Assembly (NCBI GenBank): GCA_039811685.1
Contig: JBDHZC010000001.1
Span: 704,001 to 768,000 of the forward strand
DNA from: Armatimonadota bacterium
GTDB lineage: Bacteria > Armatimonadota > UBA5829 > DSUL01
Length of the DNA stretch: 64,000 nucleotides
Direction: 5' to 3'
Part shown: positions 1 to 10,335 of the stretch, piece by piece
How positions within the stretch are numbered: the stretch's first letter is position 1
Layout of the letters: every line of letters starts with the position of its first letter
Translations under genes and position numbers: made by a program
Notes under the pieces: model-generated
Databases searched by the model: none
What the model was told of the DNA's origin: nothing
Seen by the model: only the letters and a program-made list of their open reading frames with translations

Positions 1-174
1 TATGAAAAAGTCCTGTCTGAAATCCAGGAGCGCGACCAGCGAGACTCAACGCGCGCCCACAGCCCCTTACGCCCCGCCGAAGACGCCCATGTCATAAATA
101 CGGACACGCTGACGCCAGAAGACATCGCCGAGCAGATTGTCCACCTCTATCACGATCGCTGTGTTCGAGCCTAA
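1..174 (+). CDS. cmk: Cytidylate kinase, 3' end (partial)
   Basis: Frame 1 reads YEKVLSEIQERDQRDSTRAHSPLRPAEDAHVINTDTL...*, the typical Cmk C-terminus; directly upstream of a plsC-like gene. Confidence 0.85.
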   Translation, partial: YEKVLSEIQERDQRDSTRAHSPLRPAEDAHVINTDTLTPEDIAEQIVHLYHDRCVRA

Positions 175-826
175 TCCCGTCTATCTGCTGATTCGCGGAG
201 GCTTCCGCATCTTTTTCCGACTGTTTGGATCGTGGCGGATCACAGGGCATGAGAACATCCCTGAGTCCGGACCAGTCATCATCATCAGCAACCACGTGAG
301 CTACCTTGACCCTCCGCTGATGGGCTCCGCTGTGAAGCGGCCGGTAGCTTACATGGCCAAACGGGAGTTGTTCACTCAGTCAAGAGCTCTGGCATGGGTT
401 TGCCGCAAGCTCGAAGCCTATCCTGTGCGGCAGGGCATGGCGGATAGAGAAGCGCTGCGACAGACCTACGACCGCCTGAACAAGGGCTGGATGGTTGGAA
501 TCTTCCCGGAGGGCCACCGCAGCGACTCTGGCGACCTGCAGGAGTTTCAGCCCGGCATGGCCGTGATTGCACTGAAGAGCAGAGCGCCAGTCGTGCCATG
601 TGGCTTTTGTGGGACGCACGAAATGCTTCCACCTCACGCCAAAATCATCCACCGCAGCCATATCGAAGTGCAGTTCGGTCCGCCGCTGGATTTGTCTGAC
701 CTCTACGACGCCGAAGACCGAAAAGCTGCTGTTGTTGAAGCCACAACCCGCGCGCACGCAGCTGTTTCGGCGCTTGTCGCAAGCTCCGTGAGCGCACGAG
801 AGAGTACGCGCAGAAAAAGCCTGTGA
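161..826 (+). CDS. plsC: 1-acyl-sn-glycerol-3-phosphate acyltransferase
   Basis: NHVSYLD (HxxxxD) and FPEGHRS motifs; GTG at 161 overlaps the cmk end (ORF track starts at 137). Confidence 0.9.
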   Translation: MFEPNPVYLLIRGGFRIFFRLFGSWRITGHENIPESGPVIIISNHVSYLDPPLMGSAVKRPVAYMAKRELFTQSRALAWVCRKLEAYPVRQGMADREALRQTYDRLNKGWMVGIFPEGHRSDSGDLQEFQPGMAVIALKSRAPVVPCGFCGTHEMLPPHAKIIHRSHIEVQFGPPLDLSDLYDAEDRKAAVVEATTRAHAAVSALVASSVSARESTRRKSL

Positions 827-836
827 GTCGAGTGGA

Positions 837-1955
837 CTAGACCTGGTCCAACCCCTCTTGAAGTTGCATTGGCATAACCACACACAAGTAGCCGTCGTCT
901 GCGTCGGCAGGGCGTACAACAGTCGGGGAAAGCGGCCCGTCCATGTCCATCTGGACTCCTTCGCTATCAATGACGTTTAGAACATCCAGCAGGAACCCGG
1001 CATTGAAAGCGATTTCGATATCATCGCCTTCGCGCACTGCCTCAACCTCTTCATAGGCCTGCCCCACAGTCCCGGAACGCGCCCGGATGGACACTTTTTC
1101 TCCGGAAGTCTTGAGTACAGCACGGCTCAGATCTGCCCGCGCAACGATCTCCGCGCGGCGGACAGCCGGTAGAAAGAGAGCGGTGGGCACGACAATGCGT
1201 TTGTCGCTTTCTGTTGGAATCACGCGTTCGTAGTTGGGGTACTGCCCCTCAATGAGCGTGGCTGTGAGGGTGAGCGTCCCGAGGGTGAACATCACCTGGC
1301 GCTCTGAAATGTGAACTCGCACGTCACCCTCATCTGTAAGCAGTCGGCTGAGCTCGTTAATTGCGCGCGAAGGAACGACAGCCCTGGCTTCGCCTTCGCC
1401 CGCCTTTACCATACGGGTGTCAACAGCCAGCCTGTGGGTGTCGGTCGCGACGCACTTCAGAGTGTCTCCAGAGTACACAAACAAGACTCCGAGGAGAATA
1501 GCTCGCAACTCATCAACCGAACAGGCGAACTCTGTTCGGCGCAAGCCCGTGCGCAACTGCTTTGCTTCAATCTCGAACCAAGTTGTGTCCGGCACCTCCG
1601 GCAGCCCTGGAAACTCGGATGGAGACAGGCTGACAATCTGGAACTCTGATGGTGGGCAAGACACTCTGACCTGATTGCCTTCCGTGGATTCCAGAATGAC
1701 ATCAGCCTCCGGAAGCGAAGAGATCACTTCTGCCGCAAAGCTCGCCGGCAGCGCGAGCTCGCCTTCTTCGAGCACCTGCGCCGGCACAGTGGTCGAAATG
1801 CCAATCTGGTGATCGGTGGCGCTGAAACGAAGCGAGTTGCCTTCGGATGCAATCAGAACGTGCGACAGAATCGGCAGGGCTGTGCGGCCTCTAATGGCGT
1901 GGGCCGCCGTCCGGATGCCGTCTAACAGATGTTTCTTACTTATGCTGGCTTTCAT
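837..1955 (-). CDS. dnaN: DNA polymerase III beta sliding clamp
   Basis: LPILSHVLI, ATDTHRL, GQYPNYERVIP, IAFNAGFLLDVL, VVMPM motifs; 372 aa from ATG 1955. Confidence 0.95.
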   Translation of the reverse strand: MKASISKKHLLDGIRTAAHAIRGRTALPILSHVLIASEGNSLRFSATDHQIGISTTVPAQVLEEGELALPASFAAEVISSLPEADVILESTEGNQVRVSCPPSEFQIVSLSPSEFPGLPEVPDTTWFEIEAKQLRTGLRRTEFACSVDELRAILLGVLFVYSGDTLKCVATDTHRLAVDTRMVKAGEGEARAVVPSRAINELSRLLTDEGDVRVHISERQVMFTLGTLTLTATLIEGQYPNYERVIPTESDKRIVVPTALFLPAVRRAEIVARADLSRAVLKTSGEKVSIRARSGTVGQAYEEVEAVREGDDIEIAFNAGFLLDVLNVIDSEGVQMDMDGPLSPTVVRPADADDGYLCVVMPMQLQEGLDQV

Positions 1956-2046
1956 CGAACGTCCCCCGCAACGCGTGTCATCGAACCTTCCTCCAAGAGT
2001 GAATCGTGCGCCTGAAAACGGTCTGTCTTCAGTGGTACGCCGGCAG

Positions 2047-2075
2047 AGTATAGCACTATAAGCCGCCCTCTTCAA
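2047..2075 (-). promoter_or_regulatory. Sigma-70-type promoter for dnaN
   Basis: TTGAAG-17 bp-TATACT on the minus strand, about 90 nt upstream of the ATG. Confidence 0.6.
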
Positions 2076-2115
2076 CATCCGGCGACGCGGATTCAGTCCT
2101 GATGAATGCCCTGAT

Positions 2116-3180
2116 CTATCGGCCTCGCAGAGCTTTGAGAGCGCCTCGAAAAACCGCGCGGACTGGAGACCCTTGAGCAAAGGCCTCTGCTATGGCGTAG
2201 AGGCAATGAGGCGTGAAGGATGGCTCATTCGAAATCGAGTATATATTTTCCCAGGCATCCGGCTGGAACTTGGACTTAAAAGCCTCCAGACCCTGGAAGT
2301 TGTAGAACCGCCGCCCGGCATACCGGACAGAGCGCAGGACAGACCGCAACCATAATGGATTCGCGTTTTCCAGAGCTGCGCGGCGGAAGGACAAAGGCAC
2401 AAGCCCCATCGTTAGATAGTGGGCTCCTTCGGCAGACACTGTGCGCACGGCGGTATCCAGCGCGAGCTCAATCGCTCCGTTGGGCGCGCCCTGCCCCCTT
2501 GGAAACTGTTCTGTCAGCCAACCATTGCGGCGTGGTATCGGCGTCAACACGACAAACGCGACAGGATGCGATTTGAGTTCGGCGACAAATACCCGTCTGT
2601 CAAAGAGACGAGTCAGCGTCATGGGCTCGACAAGAAAATGAAGTGGAGGCAGCCCACGGCTCTGTAGCCATTGATCCAGAACATCCGCGAGCGCTTGGCT
2701 GTTTTCAGCGCGCTGCGGCGGCCATTCGGAAACTGTCACACCTTTGTTTCTCGCGCGAAAGAGCTGCGCTCTCAGGGAGGCGTGAGAGTCCACGGCCTTG
2801 CCCCAACGCGGAGGACGCCAGACGGGCTGGGAACCCAGGACTACGGTTGAGTGCTCGGGAGAATCCGCCAGAACAGAGCGTATACGGCCCGCCGCGCCGA
2901 AATAGCAGGTCTTACAGCGGTCGCTTGCACAGTCTGCCTCCCACTCTCTGACAACATCCATGAGACGCGCGGAGCTACAGATAGGCGCACCGGCTACAAC
3001 GCGAAAACCTGCCGCCTCAACATAGCCAATTACGGCGTCTCCAGAGGCGGAAAACCAGAGCCGAATTCCGGGATTGAGAATCTGATGGCACGTGGCATTC
3101 CAGCCGAAGTTCCTGACCAGACTCCGCGCTTTATCTGTGGCTAGGTTTGAATAATAATCGACCTGTATAGTTAGACTAAT
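2116..3180 (-). CDS. DUF2156 / phosphatidylglycerol lysyltransferase C-terminal-like protein (start uncertain)
   Basis: RFYNFQGLEAFKSKFQPDAWE and APNGAIEL motifs; frame stays open upstream of ATG 2961 to a stop at 3190-3192 and encodes FGWNATCHQILNP...VVAGAPIC. Confidence 0.7.
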   Translation of the reverse strand: MSLTIQVDYYSNLATDKARSLVRNFGWNATCHQILNPGIRLWFSASGDAVIGYVEAAGFRVVAGAPICSSARLMDVVREWEADCASDRCKTCYFGAAGRIRSVLADSPEHSTVVLGSQPVWRPPRWGKAVDSHASLRAQLFRARNKGVTVSEWPPQRAENSQALADVLDQWLQSRGLPPLHFLVEPMTLTRLFDRRVFVAELKSHPVAFVVLTPIPRRNGWLTEQFPRGQGAPNGAIELALDTAVRTVSAEGAHYLTMGLVPLSFRRAALENANPLWLRSVLRSVRYAGRRFYNFQGLEAFKSKFQPDAWENIYSISNEPSFTPHCLYAIAEAFAQGSPVRAVFRGALKALRGR

Positions 3181-3589
3181 TGTGCTGCTTCAATTTGCGG
3201 ACTGTCTTCGCCGGGGTCACTGAGACACATAACCGGATCAAGGCCAATACGCCGCGACTTAGCCGGCTCAAAGCCTGCAAGGATATTTCCCAGAAATGAG
3301 AGAGATCACTCCGAGCTGGAAGATTCGCTCCAGAGGGACAAATCTGATGTCACAGTCCGGAGCAACATAGCATAGCCAGGATACTGGCGAGGACGCCACA
3401 GTTTTGGATGGCGCCTGTCTCTTGGTGGTAGATTCGCCAGTGTAGCGATTGTGCGGATCCCAGTGCCACACTTTGATTGAGGGGAGAGAGCTTCGCAGGG
3501 CAGGATGCGCAGGCGCGGCCAGCCAAGTATACTCCAAGCCGACAGCCTTGAGCGTAGTCACCTGCGGATAGCGGCCCGGACTCCCAACC

Positions 3590-4270
3590 ATGCCCAAACA
3601 GTCAATCCTCAGCGCCATTCGACTCTGCCCTCTCTTCAGCACACTGGATGAACAGATGCTCGAAGAGATCGCCGAAGTCGCTCGCATCCGCGAATTTGAG
3701 GCGCGACAGACTATCTTCAACGAGGGTGACCCCTGCACAGGTTTCTACGCGGTGATTGACGGGACTGTCAAAGTGTACCGCCTCTCGGCAAAGGGGAAGG
3801 AACACGTATTGCATCTGCTGGGCCCAGGAGACACGTTCGCAGAAGCGGCAATGTTTCTGGACACAGACTTTCTGGCCCATGCCACTGCCATCAAGCCCTC
3901 GCGAACGCTATTCCTGCCAAAAGAGCCTTTTCTGGGGCTGCTGAAACACAGGACAGAAATCGCCGTGAGGATGCTCGCAAGCATGGCGATTATTCTTCAG
4001 CGGATGGTGTCGCATGTGGAAGTGCTGGCGCTCAAGGACGCATCCGAGCGCCTGGCTCAGTTCTTGCTCGAGAAGCAGTCTGAATCGGCCGTTCGCCTCC
4101 GCGTTCCCAAGGCCGTGATCGCTTCCCACCTCGGAATATCTCCGGAGACGCTCAGCCGGCTCTTTCTCAAGATGGAAGGGTTGGGAGTAGCTCGAGTTTC
4201 CGGCCGAACAATCTACGTTGAAGATGCTGAACGCCTCAAAGAAATTGCGGCTGGTAAGCTGGTAGAGTAA
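3590..4270 (+). CDS. Crp/Fnr family transcriptional regulator
   Basis: cNMP-binding domain (IFNEGD...GTVKVY...GPGDTFAE) and HTH (IASHLGISPETLSR). Confidence 0.9.
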   Translation: MPKQSILSAIRLCPLFSTLDEQMLEEIAEVARIREFEARQTIFNEGDPCTGFYAVIDGTVKVYRLSAKGKEHVLHLLGPGDTFAEAAMFLDTDFLAHATAIKPSRTLFLPKEPFLGLLKHRTEIAVRMLASMAIILQRMVSHVEVLALKDASERLAQFLLEKQSESAVRLRVPKAVIASHLGISPETLSRLFLKMEGLGVARVSGRTIYVEDAERLKEIAAGKLVE

Positions 4271-4356
4271 CTGAACAAGACTGCTCAGGCAGGAATATCT
4301 GACCCGGCGTGGAAATGGCGTGCAGCGTTACTACCAATTGCTGGAGGATTTCAATA

Positions 4357-5451
4357 ATGAGCATTCTACCTGTCCACGCCCTTAGCGGCCTTACTGTCGC
4401 ACGTGATTTTGCAGCTGCGCGAGTCAGCAGTTGGGACACGAGAGGACGCAACGCCGACTACTGGCATATCGAACCAGGTGAAACGAGAGTGCTGGCCGAT
4501 CTGAAAGGCGCTGGGGTTATCAGCCATATCTGGTTTACCATCAATTCGCCCGACAAACTGTATCTTCGCAAACTGGTGTTGAGAATCTACTGGGATGGTG
4601 AGGCCTCACCGTCAGTTGAAGCCCCAGTTGGAGATTTCTTCGGTCTGGGACACGCCCGGGCTTACTCTTACCAATGCGTACCGTTCAACACAAGCTGTCA
4701 TGGCAAAGGCAATCTGGGTGGCGGAGTCGCGATGAACTGTTGGTGGCAGATGCCTTTCCACAAGAGCGCTCGGGTCGAGATTGAGAACCAGCAGGAAGAA
4801 CCGGTACGCTCTTTCTATTTTTACATTGACTATCAGAAGCATCAGTCGCTATCTGAAGATACACTGCATTTCCACGCACAGTGGAGACGAGAAAATCCCT
4901 GTGATGGATGGACTGGCGAGGGCAGCTACTGGGGATCGCGTGCGTGGGCGCTGCGTGAGCAGGGTGAGAGCGGCGTGAATCTGAGCGACGAGAAAAACTA
5001 TCTGATTCTGGAGGCTGAGGGGCGCGGGCACTACGTCGGTGTGAACTTCGCCATTGACCATCAGGCCAGAGGCTGGTGGGGTGAAGGCGACGACATGATC
5101 TTTATCGACCGGGATGGCGAGCGCGCCTGGCCACCAGACATGCATGGAACTGGCAGCGAGGACTATCTGGCACAGGCATGGGGCATGCAGAACAACGCGC
5201 ATATGTACAACGGTCAGTCCTGGGCGGAGTTGGAGGACAACTTCAATGATTGGGGCAAGGTTTGCGTGTACCGTTACCACATTGTAGATCCGATTCCATT
5301 CACGAAGAATATCCGGGTATCTATCGAGCACGGGCACGCAAACGACCGCTCCGATGACTGGAGTTCGACGGCGTACTGGTATCAGACGGAGCCGCACAAG
5401 GTCTTTCCGCCTCTGCCGTCGATGGATCTGCGGCTGCCAAACTTCCTGTAG
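4357..5451 (+). CDS. DUF2961 / glycoside hydrolase family 172-like protein
   Basis: GAGVISHIWFT, PVGDFFG, WWGEGDDMIFID, GTGSEDY, YRYHIVDPIPF, SSTAYWYQ motifs; GGAGG RBS before ATG 4357. Confidence 0.85.
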   Translation: MSILPVHALSGLTVARDFAAARVSSWDTRGRNADYWHIEPGETRVLADLKGAGVISHIWFTINSPDKLYLRKLVLRIYWDGEASPSVEAPVGDFFGLGHARAYSYQCVPFNTSCHGKGNLGGGVAMNCWWQMPFHKSARVEIENQQEEPVRSFYFYIDYQKHQSLSEDTLHFHAQWRRENPCDGWTGEGSYWGSRAWALREQGESGVNLSDEKNYLILEAEGRGHYVGVNFAIDHQARGWWGEGDDMIFIDRDGERAWPPDMHGTGSEDYLAQAWGMQNNAHMYNGQSWAELEDNFNDWGKVCVYRYHIVDPIPFTKNIRVSIEHGHANDRSDDWSSTAYWYQTEPHKVFPPLPSMDLRLPNFL

Positions 5452-5498
5452 ATCTCTGCAGAAAGCTAGCAGACTGCAATCGCAGTGACGCCTTGTCT

Positions 5499-5536
5499 AC
5501 TCGCCTGGAAGGCCGCCGGTTTTTCAGGCGAGTTTT
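5499..5536 (+). terminator. Intrinsic terminator after the GH172-like gene
   Basis: ACTCGCCTGGAAGGCC-gcc-GGTTTTTCAGGCGAGT stem followed by TTT. Confidence 0.6.
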
Positions 5537-5587
5537 GTCTCTGAGAGCATGAAAAAGTGACTCAGAGAAGAAGCAAGCAGAGACTAT

Positions 5588-6088
5588 TTGCGCCACAAAG
5601 AGACTGACAAACACTCACCGGAGCAACGACTGATTTTGGCGGGACTTGAGTTACCTCCCGCTCCAAAGCCCTCCGGCCTCTACCGTCCGGTAATTCTCAC
5701 AGGCCTCACCGTCTGGACATCCGGGCACGCTCCTGCGCGCGTGGATGGTTCCCGTTATGCGGGACGAATCGGCGAGACCCTGTCGGTGGAGGAGGGAAAA
5801 GAGGCGGCGCGTTTGTGTGCGCTGGGCATTCTGTCGTCACTGCGCGAGGCGCTTAGAACGCTGGACAGAGTGCAGCGCGTGGTGCGCGTCTTTGGCGCTG
5901 TGAATGCTGTGCCGGAGTTCACCCAGCATCCTGCCGTGCTGGACGGCTGCAGTGAGGTCTTTTCGACGGTCTTTGGGGAAGCCGCAGGAACCTCTGTCAG
6001 GTCAGCAGTCGGAGTGAGCTCACTCCCCGGCAATGCGCCCTGTCAAATTGAAGCTGTATTTCTACTGAATGAGGCTCAGAGTGACTGA
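5588..6088 (+). CDS. Rid (RidA/YjgF/YER057c/UK114) family protein
   Basis: LPPAPKPSGLY, FTQHPAVLDGCSE, RSAVGVSSLP (conserved Arg) motifs. Confidence 0.85.
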   Translation: MRHKETDKHSPEQRLILAGLELPPAPKPSGLYRPVILTGLTVWTSGHAPARVDGSRYAGRIGETLSVEEGKEAARLCALGILSSLREALRTLDRVQRVVRVFGAVNAVPEFTQHPAVLDGCSEVFSTVFGEAAGTSVRSAVGVSSLPGNAPCQIEAVFLLNEAQSD

Positions 6089-7076
6089 CAACGCATTTCC
6101 AGAGTTGCCAATCGAAGAGTTGCTAAGACGCGTACAGGACGCCCGAAAACGGATTTGTGCGCACATGCACCTGACTCCGATATTTCAATCGTCGGCTCTG
6201 GATAACGCGGTTGGCACACAGGTCTTTCTGAAATGCGAGAGCTTTCAGGTGGGAGGCGCTTTCAAGTTTCGAGGTGCGTATAACGCTCTCTCTCAGATTT
6301 CTGACGCCAGGCGGCCACGAGGGGTTGTCGCTTATTCGTCCGGCAACCATGCTCAAGCCGTCGCTCGCGCCGGACAGATGCTTGGAATTCCGGTGACAGT
6401 TGTGATGCCGGACGGCTCATCAGAGACCAAGAGACAGGCTACGCAAGGCTACGGCGCGAAGGTAGTGCGCTGCCCAGTGAGTGAACGTGAAGAGGTCGCA
6501 CGGCAGCTTCAGCAGGACACAGGCGCGACGCTGATTCCTCCCTTTGATCATCCCGAGGTCATTTGTGGACAGGGGACCCTGGCTCTTGAGATGCTCGAGC
6601 AGCTACCCGACCTGTTGGCTGTTCTGGCGCCAGTGGGGGGCGGAGGGCTGATCAGCGGCGTGGCAATTGCGCTCAAAGCGCTCAACCCGAAATGTGAGGT
6701 CGTCGGAGTTGAGCCTGCTCAATGTGACGATGCCGCTCGATCTCTTGCCAGCGGCCGCATCGAAACGTGTGACAGTTGCGCATCTATCGCGGATGGGACG
6801 CGCACGCGCTCGCTTGGCCGGATTACCTTTCCGATCGTGCGTCGCTTCGTAGACAGAATTGTCACGGTGAGCGAAGAGGCAATCGCCGAAGCAGTCCGTT
6901 TCCTGTTCTACAGAATGAAGCTGGTCGTAGAGCCGTCGGGCGCACTTGGCGTTGCGGCGTTGATGTCCGGATCGTACAAGTGTAGCGGTAACACTGGCGT
7001 CGTCATCTCCGGTGGAAATGTGGATGGGTCGCTTATGGCTTCCATTCTGACCTCAGCCGCGCCGCGGGGAGACTAG
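6069..7076 (+). CDS. PLP-dependent threonine/serine dehydratase family protein (catalytic domain only)
   Basis: LKCESFQVGGAFKFRGA, SSGNHAQA, PVGGGGL, VVEPSGA, SGGN motifs; no regulatory ACT domain. Confidence 0.9.
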   Translation: MRLRVTDNAFPELPIEELLRRVQDARKRICAHMHLTPIFQSSALDNAVGTQVFLKCESFQVGGAFKFRGAYNALSQISDARRPRGVVAYSSGNHAQAVARAGQMLGIPVTVVMPDGSSETKRQATQGYGAKVVRCPVSEREEVARQLQQDTGATLIPPFDHPEVICGQGTLALEMLEQLPDLLAVLAPVGGGGLISGVAIALKALNPKCEVVGVEPAQCDDAARSLASGRIETCDSCASIADGTRTRSLGRITFPIVRRFVDRIVTVSEEAIAEAVRFLFYRMKLVVEPSGALGVAALMSGSYKCSGNTGVVISGGNVDGSLMASILTSAAPRGD

Positions 7077-7112
7077 GCCGGCTACGGTTTTGCATCCGTG
7101 GCGATACCGGGA

Positions 7113-9197
7113 TCACTTCTTACCGGGCGCCCGGGCGGCAGCTCTGCGCGCAGCGGGAGTAACAGGCGCGTCTTTGAGCGCCCCCTGAGGCAGTAGCTTT
7201 TTTAAGCGCGTTATTTCATCGCGCAAGAGAGCCGCCTGTTCAAACTCCAGATTGCGCGCCGCAGCTTTCATATCTTGCTCCAGCTCCGCCACAGTCACCA
7301 TGAGCTCATCCAGCGGCGCCTTCCCGTCACGGAGCTGCCGGGACCTGGACAAGGCAGGATTTTCCACTGCGGCGCTATCGGTCTTTGGTCCCATTCTTTC
7401 GGATTCGATCACGTCGCGAATTGCTTTTCGGATCGTCTGTGGGACAATCCCATGCTCTTGATTGTACTGCATCTGCACTTCGCGGCGCCGATTGGTCTCA
7501 TCAATAGCCCGCTGCATGGAGTCCGTCATCTTGTCTGCATAAAGCAAGACTTTACCCTGGACGTTGCGCGCTGCGCGTCCAATTGTCTGAATGAGCGACG
7601 TCTCGGAGCGCAGGAAGCCTTCCTTGTCCGCGTCGAGAATCGCAACCAGGGCAACTTCTGGCAAATCCAGCCCTTCTCGCAACAGATTGATACCGACGAT
7701 TACGTCATAAACGCCCAGACGAAGGTCTCTCAGGATCGCGATACGATCCAGTGTCTCAATTTCGGAGTGGAGATAGTGGACTTTGAGCCCGAGATCGAGC
7801 AGGTACTCCGAGAGGTCTTCGGCCATCTTCTTGGTGAGTGTGGTGACGAGCACTCTTTCGTTTCTCTCAATACGCTGGCGAATCTCAGCGATCAGATCGT
7901 CAATCTGGCCCTTTGTTGGGCGCATCACCACTTCAGGGTCCACAAGGCCAGTGGGGCGGATAAGCTGTTCAACGGTTCGCGTGGCGTGGCGCTTCTCGTA
8001 GGGCCCCGGAGTGGCGCTGACAAATATCGTTTGCCCCATCATGGTCTCGAACTCTTCGAATTTCAGCGGGCGGTTGTCCACGGCCGAGGGTAGCCGAAAG
8101 CCGTACTCAACCAGCGTTTCCTTGCGCGCCCGGTCGCCGTTGTACATCCCATGAATCTGGGGAATAGTCTGGTGCGACTCATCTATGAACAGCAGGTAGT
8201 CGTCCGGAAAATACGACAGCAAAGTGGCCGGCGCAGAGCCCGGAGGACGGCGATCGAAGATGCGGGAGTAGTTTTCAATTCCGTTGCAGTAGCCTACCTC
8301 ACGGATCATTTCCATGTCGTAGCGAGTTCGCTGCTCCAGCCGCTGCGCTTCCAGCAATCGCCCATGACGCTCAAAGAACTGGATGCGCTCGATCATCTCC
8401 TGCTCGATCTCTTTCAGTAGCTCTTCAAGGTCCTCAGCAGGTGTTACATAGTGCGTAGCAGGATAGATCGTGACGCGATCGTGGCTGTTTACGAGCTCTC
8501 CTGTTACAGGGTCCAGAACAGTAATCTTCTCTACCTCGTCCCCAAAGAACTCCACTCGCGTGATGATCTCTTCGTCGGCAGGCTGAATCTCAAGAGTGTC
8601 CCCCCGAACTCTGAAAGTGCCACGGCCTAGCGCCATATCATTACGAACGAACTGCATCTGAATCAGATTTCGCAACACGTCGTCGCGCCGATAAGACTCT
8701 CCGCGCTCGAAGGACAGGATCTGTTTCTTGTACTCCTCCGGCGAACCCAGCCCGTAGATGCACGATACACTGGCGACAACAACAACATCCCTCCGCTCCA
8801 GAACAGCCTGAGTCGCAGAGTGCCGCAACCGGTCGATTTCGTCGTTAATTGAGGAATCCTTTTCGATGTAGGTGTCGGTCTGAGGGACGTAGGCTTCCGG
8901 CTGGTAATAGTCGTAGTAAGAGACGAAATACTCCACAGCGTTTTCGCCAAAGAACTCGCGGAACTCACTGCACAACTGCGCTGCCAACGTCTTGTTGTGA
9001 GCAATCACGAGCGCGGGACGCTGCTCGCGCTCGATGACGTTCGCCATCGTATAGGTCTTGCCGGAACCTGTGACACCGAGCAAAATCTGGCGCTCTGCGC
9101 CTTCTCTAAGTCCTGCAGAGAGTCCCTCAATCGCGCGGGGTTGATCGCCGGTAGGCTTGAGCGGAGAGGTGATTCTGAAGTCACTTTTGGATGGCAT
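7113..9197 (-). CDS. uvrB: Excinuclease ABC subunit B
   Basis: GVTGSGKT Walker [29 protein letters not shown] and C-terminal UVR domain. Confidence 0.98.
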   Translation of the reverse strand: MPSKSDFRITSPLKPTGDQPRAIEGLSAGLREGAERQILLGVTGSGKTYTMANVIEREQRPALVIAHNKTLAAQLCSEFREFFGENAVEYFVSYYDYYQPEAYVPQTDTYIEKDSSINDEIDRLRHSATQAVLERRDVVVVASVSCIYGLGSPEEYKKQILSFERGESYRRDDVLRNLIQMQFVRNDMALGRGTFRVRGDTLEIQPADEEIITRVEFFGDEVEKITVLDPVTGELVNSHDRVTIYPATHYVTPAEDLEELLKEIEQEMIERIQFFERHGRLLEAQRLEQRTRYDMEMIREVGYCNGIENYSRIFDRRPPGSAPATLLSYFPDDYLLFIDESHQTIPQIHGMYNGDRARKETLVEYGFRLPSAVDNRPLKFEEFETMMGQTIFVSATPGPYEKRHATRTVEQLIRPTGLVDPEVVMRPTKGQIDDLIAEIRQRIERNERVLVTTLTKKMAEDLSEYLLDLGLKVHYLHSEIETLDRIAILRDLRLGVYDVIVGINLLREGLDLPEVALVAILDADKEGFLRSETSLIQTIGRAARNVQGKVLLYADKMTDSMQRAIDETNRRREVQMQYNQEHGIVPQTIRKAIRDVIESERMGPKTDSAAVENPALSRSRQLRDGKAPLDELMVTVAELEQDMKAAARNLEFEQAALLRDEITRLKKLLPQGALKDAPVTPAARRAAARAPGKK

Positions 9198-9318
9198 AGC
9201 AGTGAAACGTAACAGGTAGAGTGAAAGTATCCAGCACCTATGTTACCTGTTACAACACGCGCTGCCAACGTTTTGTTCACCTGGCGTCGCCATCTGACCA
9301 GACACTCCGAGAAACGGC

Positions 9319-9351
9319 AAAGCCCGCCCCCGAAGCGGCTGGGACGGGCTT
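9319..9351 (-). terminator. Probable terminator ending the surface-protein cluster
   Basis: Minus strand AAGCCCGTCCC...GGGGCGGGCTTT, about 35 nt after the stop of 9385..10335. Confidence 0.55.
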
Positions 9352-9384
9352 GCGTCTGAGAACTCTTGGACTGGCGGCTGCTGG

Positions 9385-10335
9385 CTAGAACGGAGGAGGC
9401 GGAGGATTGTCGATTCCGCCACCGCCATTGCTGGAGCCACCGCCGCCACCACCACCTCCAGAGGCCGCGATAATCAGACCCACCACCAGAGCGATAGCGG
9501 CAAGCGCACCGCCATTCTTCTTCTTTTTTCCGTTACCCGCCGTCGGCTGCGCCTTACCGTTTTCAGGCTGAAGAGGCTGACCCTGCGCCAGATTTTCATC
9601 CGGCGGACTGGACGACGGCGGAGGGACGATCTGTGAGGCAAGCTTCTCAGCCGCAGCATCCACAGCAGCGGCGGCAAGCTGTTGGTCGGTTCCACTGGTC
9701 ATAGACGTAGGCGTGGTGCCTGCGGCGGTGAAGTTGCTCACCGTCGCTCCAGTCGCCGCATCCACGACGCGCGCGCTAATACTGACTGATGCCTCCCGCT
9801 TGGTGCGGTCGATCTGCAGATCTTCGATAGCGCCGACGACAAACCGCGGCACACCCATCACCTGCGCGATCTTCGTTGCCTTCTGGATATCTTCGCCATC
9901 CAAACCGTAGGAGGGTTGGAGATCACTGTCTTTCAACACACCGTCTGCGCTGGCCCTCTTGATGGCCGGATGGCGATCCGAAAAAGAGAGACCGCTGTAT
10001 TCTGTACTGCGCAAGGTCGCATCCTTGACTACTTTTGCGACTGCCGGTCCAAGCACGCTGCTGCCCTGTTCCACGTCTGAGGAATTGAACGGAAACACGA
10101 GAAGCGGCAAAGTTGGTCCGCTGTAGGGCGCCTGCTTTGTAGCTGCTTTTTCCGTTTCGGCCGGCTTGGCAGTGTGCGTTGACGCCGGATGAGCGGCTGT
10201 CTCGGACGTGACAGGGGGCGCCTCCGCAGGTGTGACTCCTTGCGCAAATGCAGAGGTCGCCAGACCCAGCGCCAGCGCAGCGGCCGCCACTAGCGCCCTG
10301 CGCTCGACTGACTCATGTAATGTGCATCTTAGCAT
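9385..10335 (-). CDS. Secreted CsgG/HfaB-like protein with C-terminal hydrophobic helix and Gly/Pro tail
   Basis: Signal peptide (...TSAFA-Q); LLVFPF...KIAQVMGVPRFVVGAI...ARVVDAATG CsgG/TolB-N-like pattern; KKKK-hydrophobic-Gly run-PPPPPF end. Confidence 0.6.
   Translation of the reverse strand: MLRCTLHESVERRALVAAAALALGLATSAFAQGVTPAEAPPVTSETAAHPASTHTAKPAETEKAATKQAPYSGPTLPLLVFPFNSSDVEQGSSVLGPAVAKVVKDATLRSTEYSGLSFSDRHPAIKRASADGVLKDSDLQPSYGLDGEDIQKATKIAQVMGVPRFVVGAIEDLQIDRTKREASVSISARVVDAATGATVSNFTAAGTTPTSMTSGTDQQLAAAAVDAAAEKLASQIVPPPSSSPPDENLAQGQPLQPENGKAQPTAGNGKKKKNGGALAAIALVVGLIIAASGGGGGGGGSSNGGGGIDNPPPPPF

Noticed and set aside
3193..3589. Small gene or FNR/CRP box upstream of the Crp/Fnr regulator
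   Set aside because: No credible ORF with an RBS and no complete TTGAT-N4-ATCAA or TGTGA-N6-TCACA site
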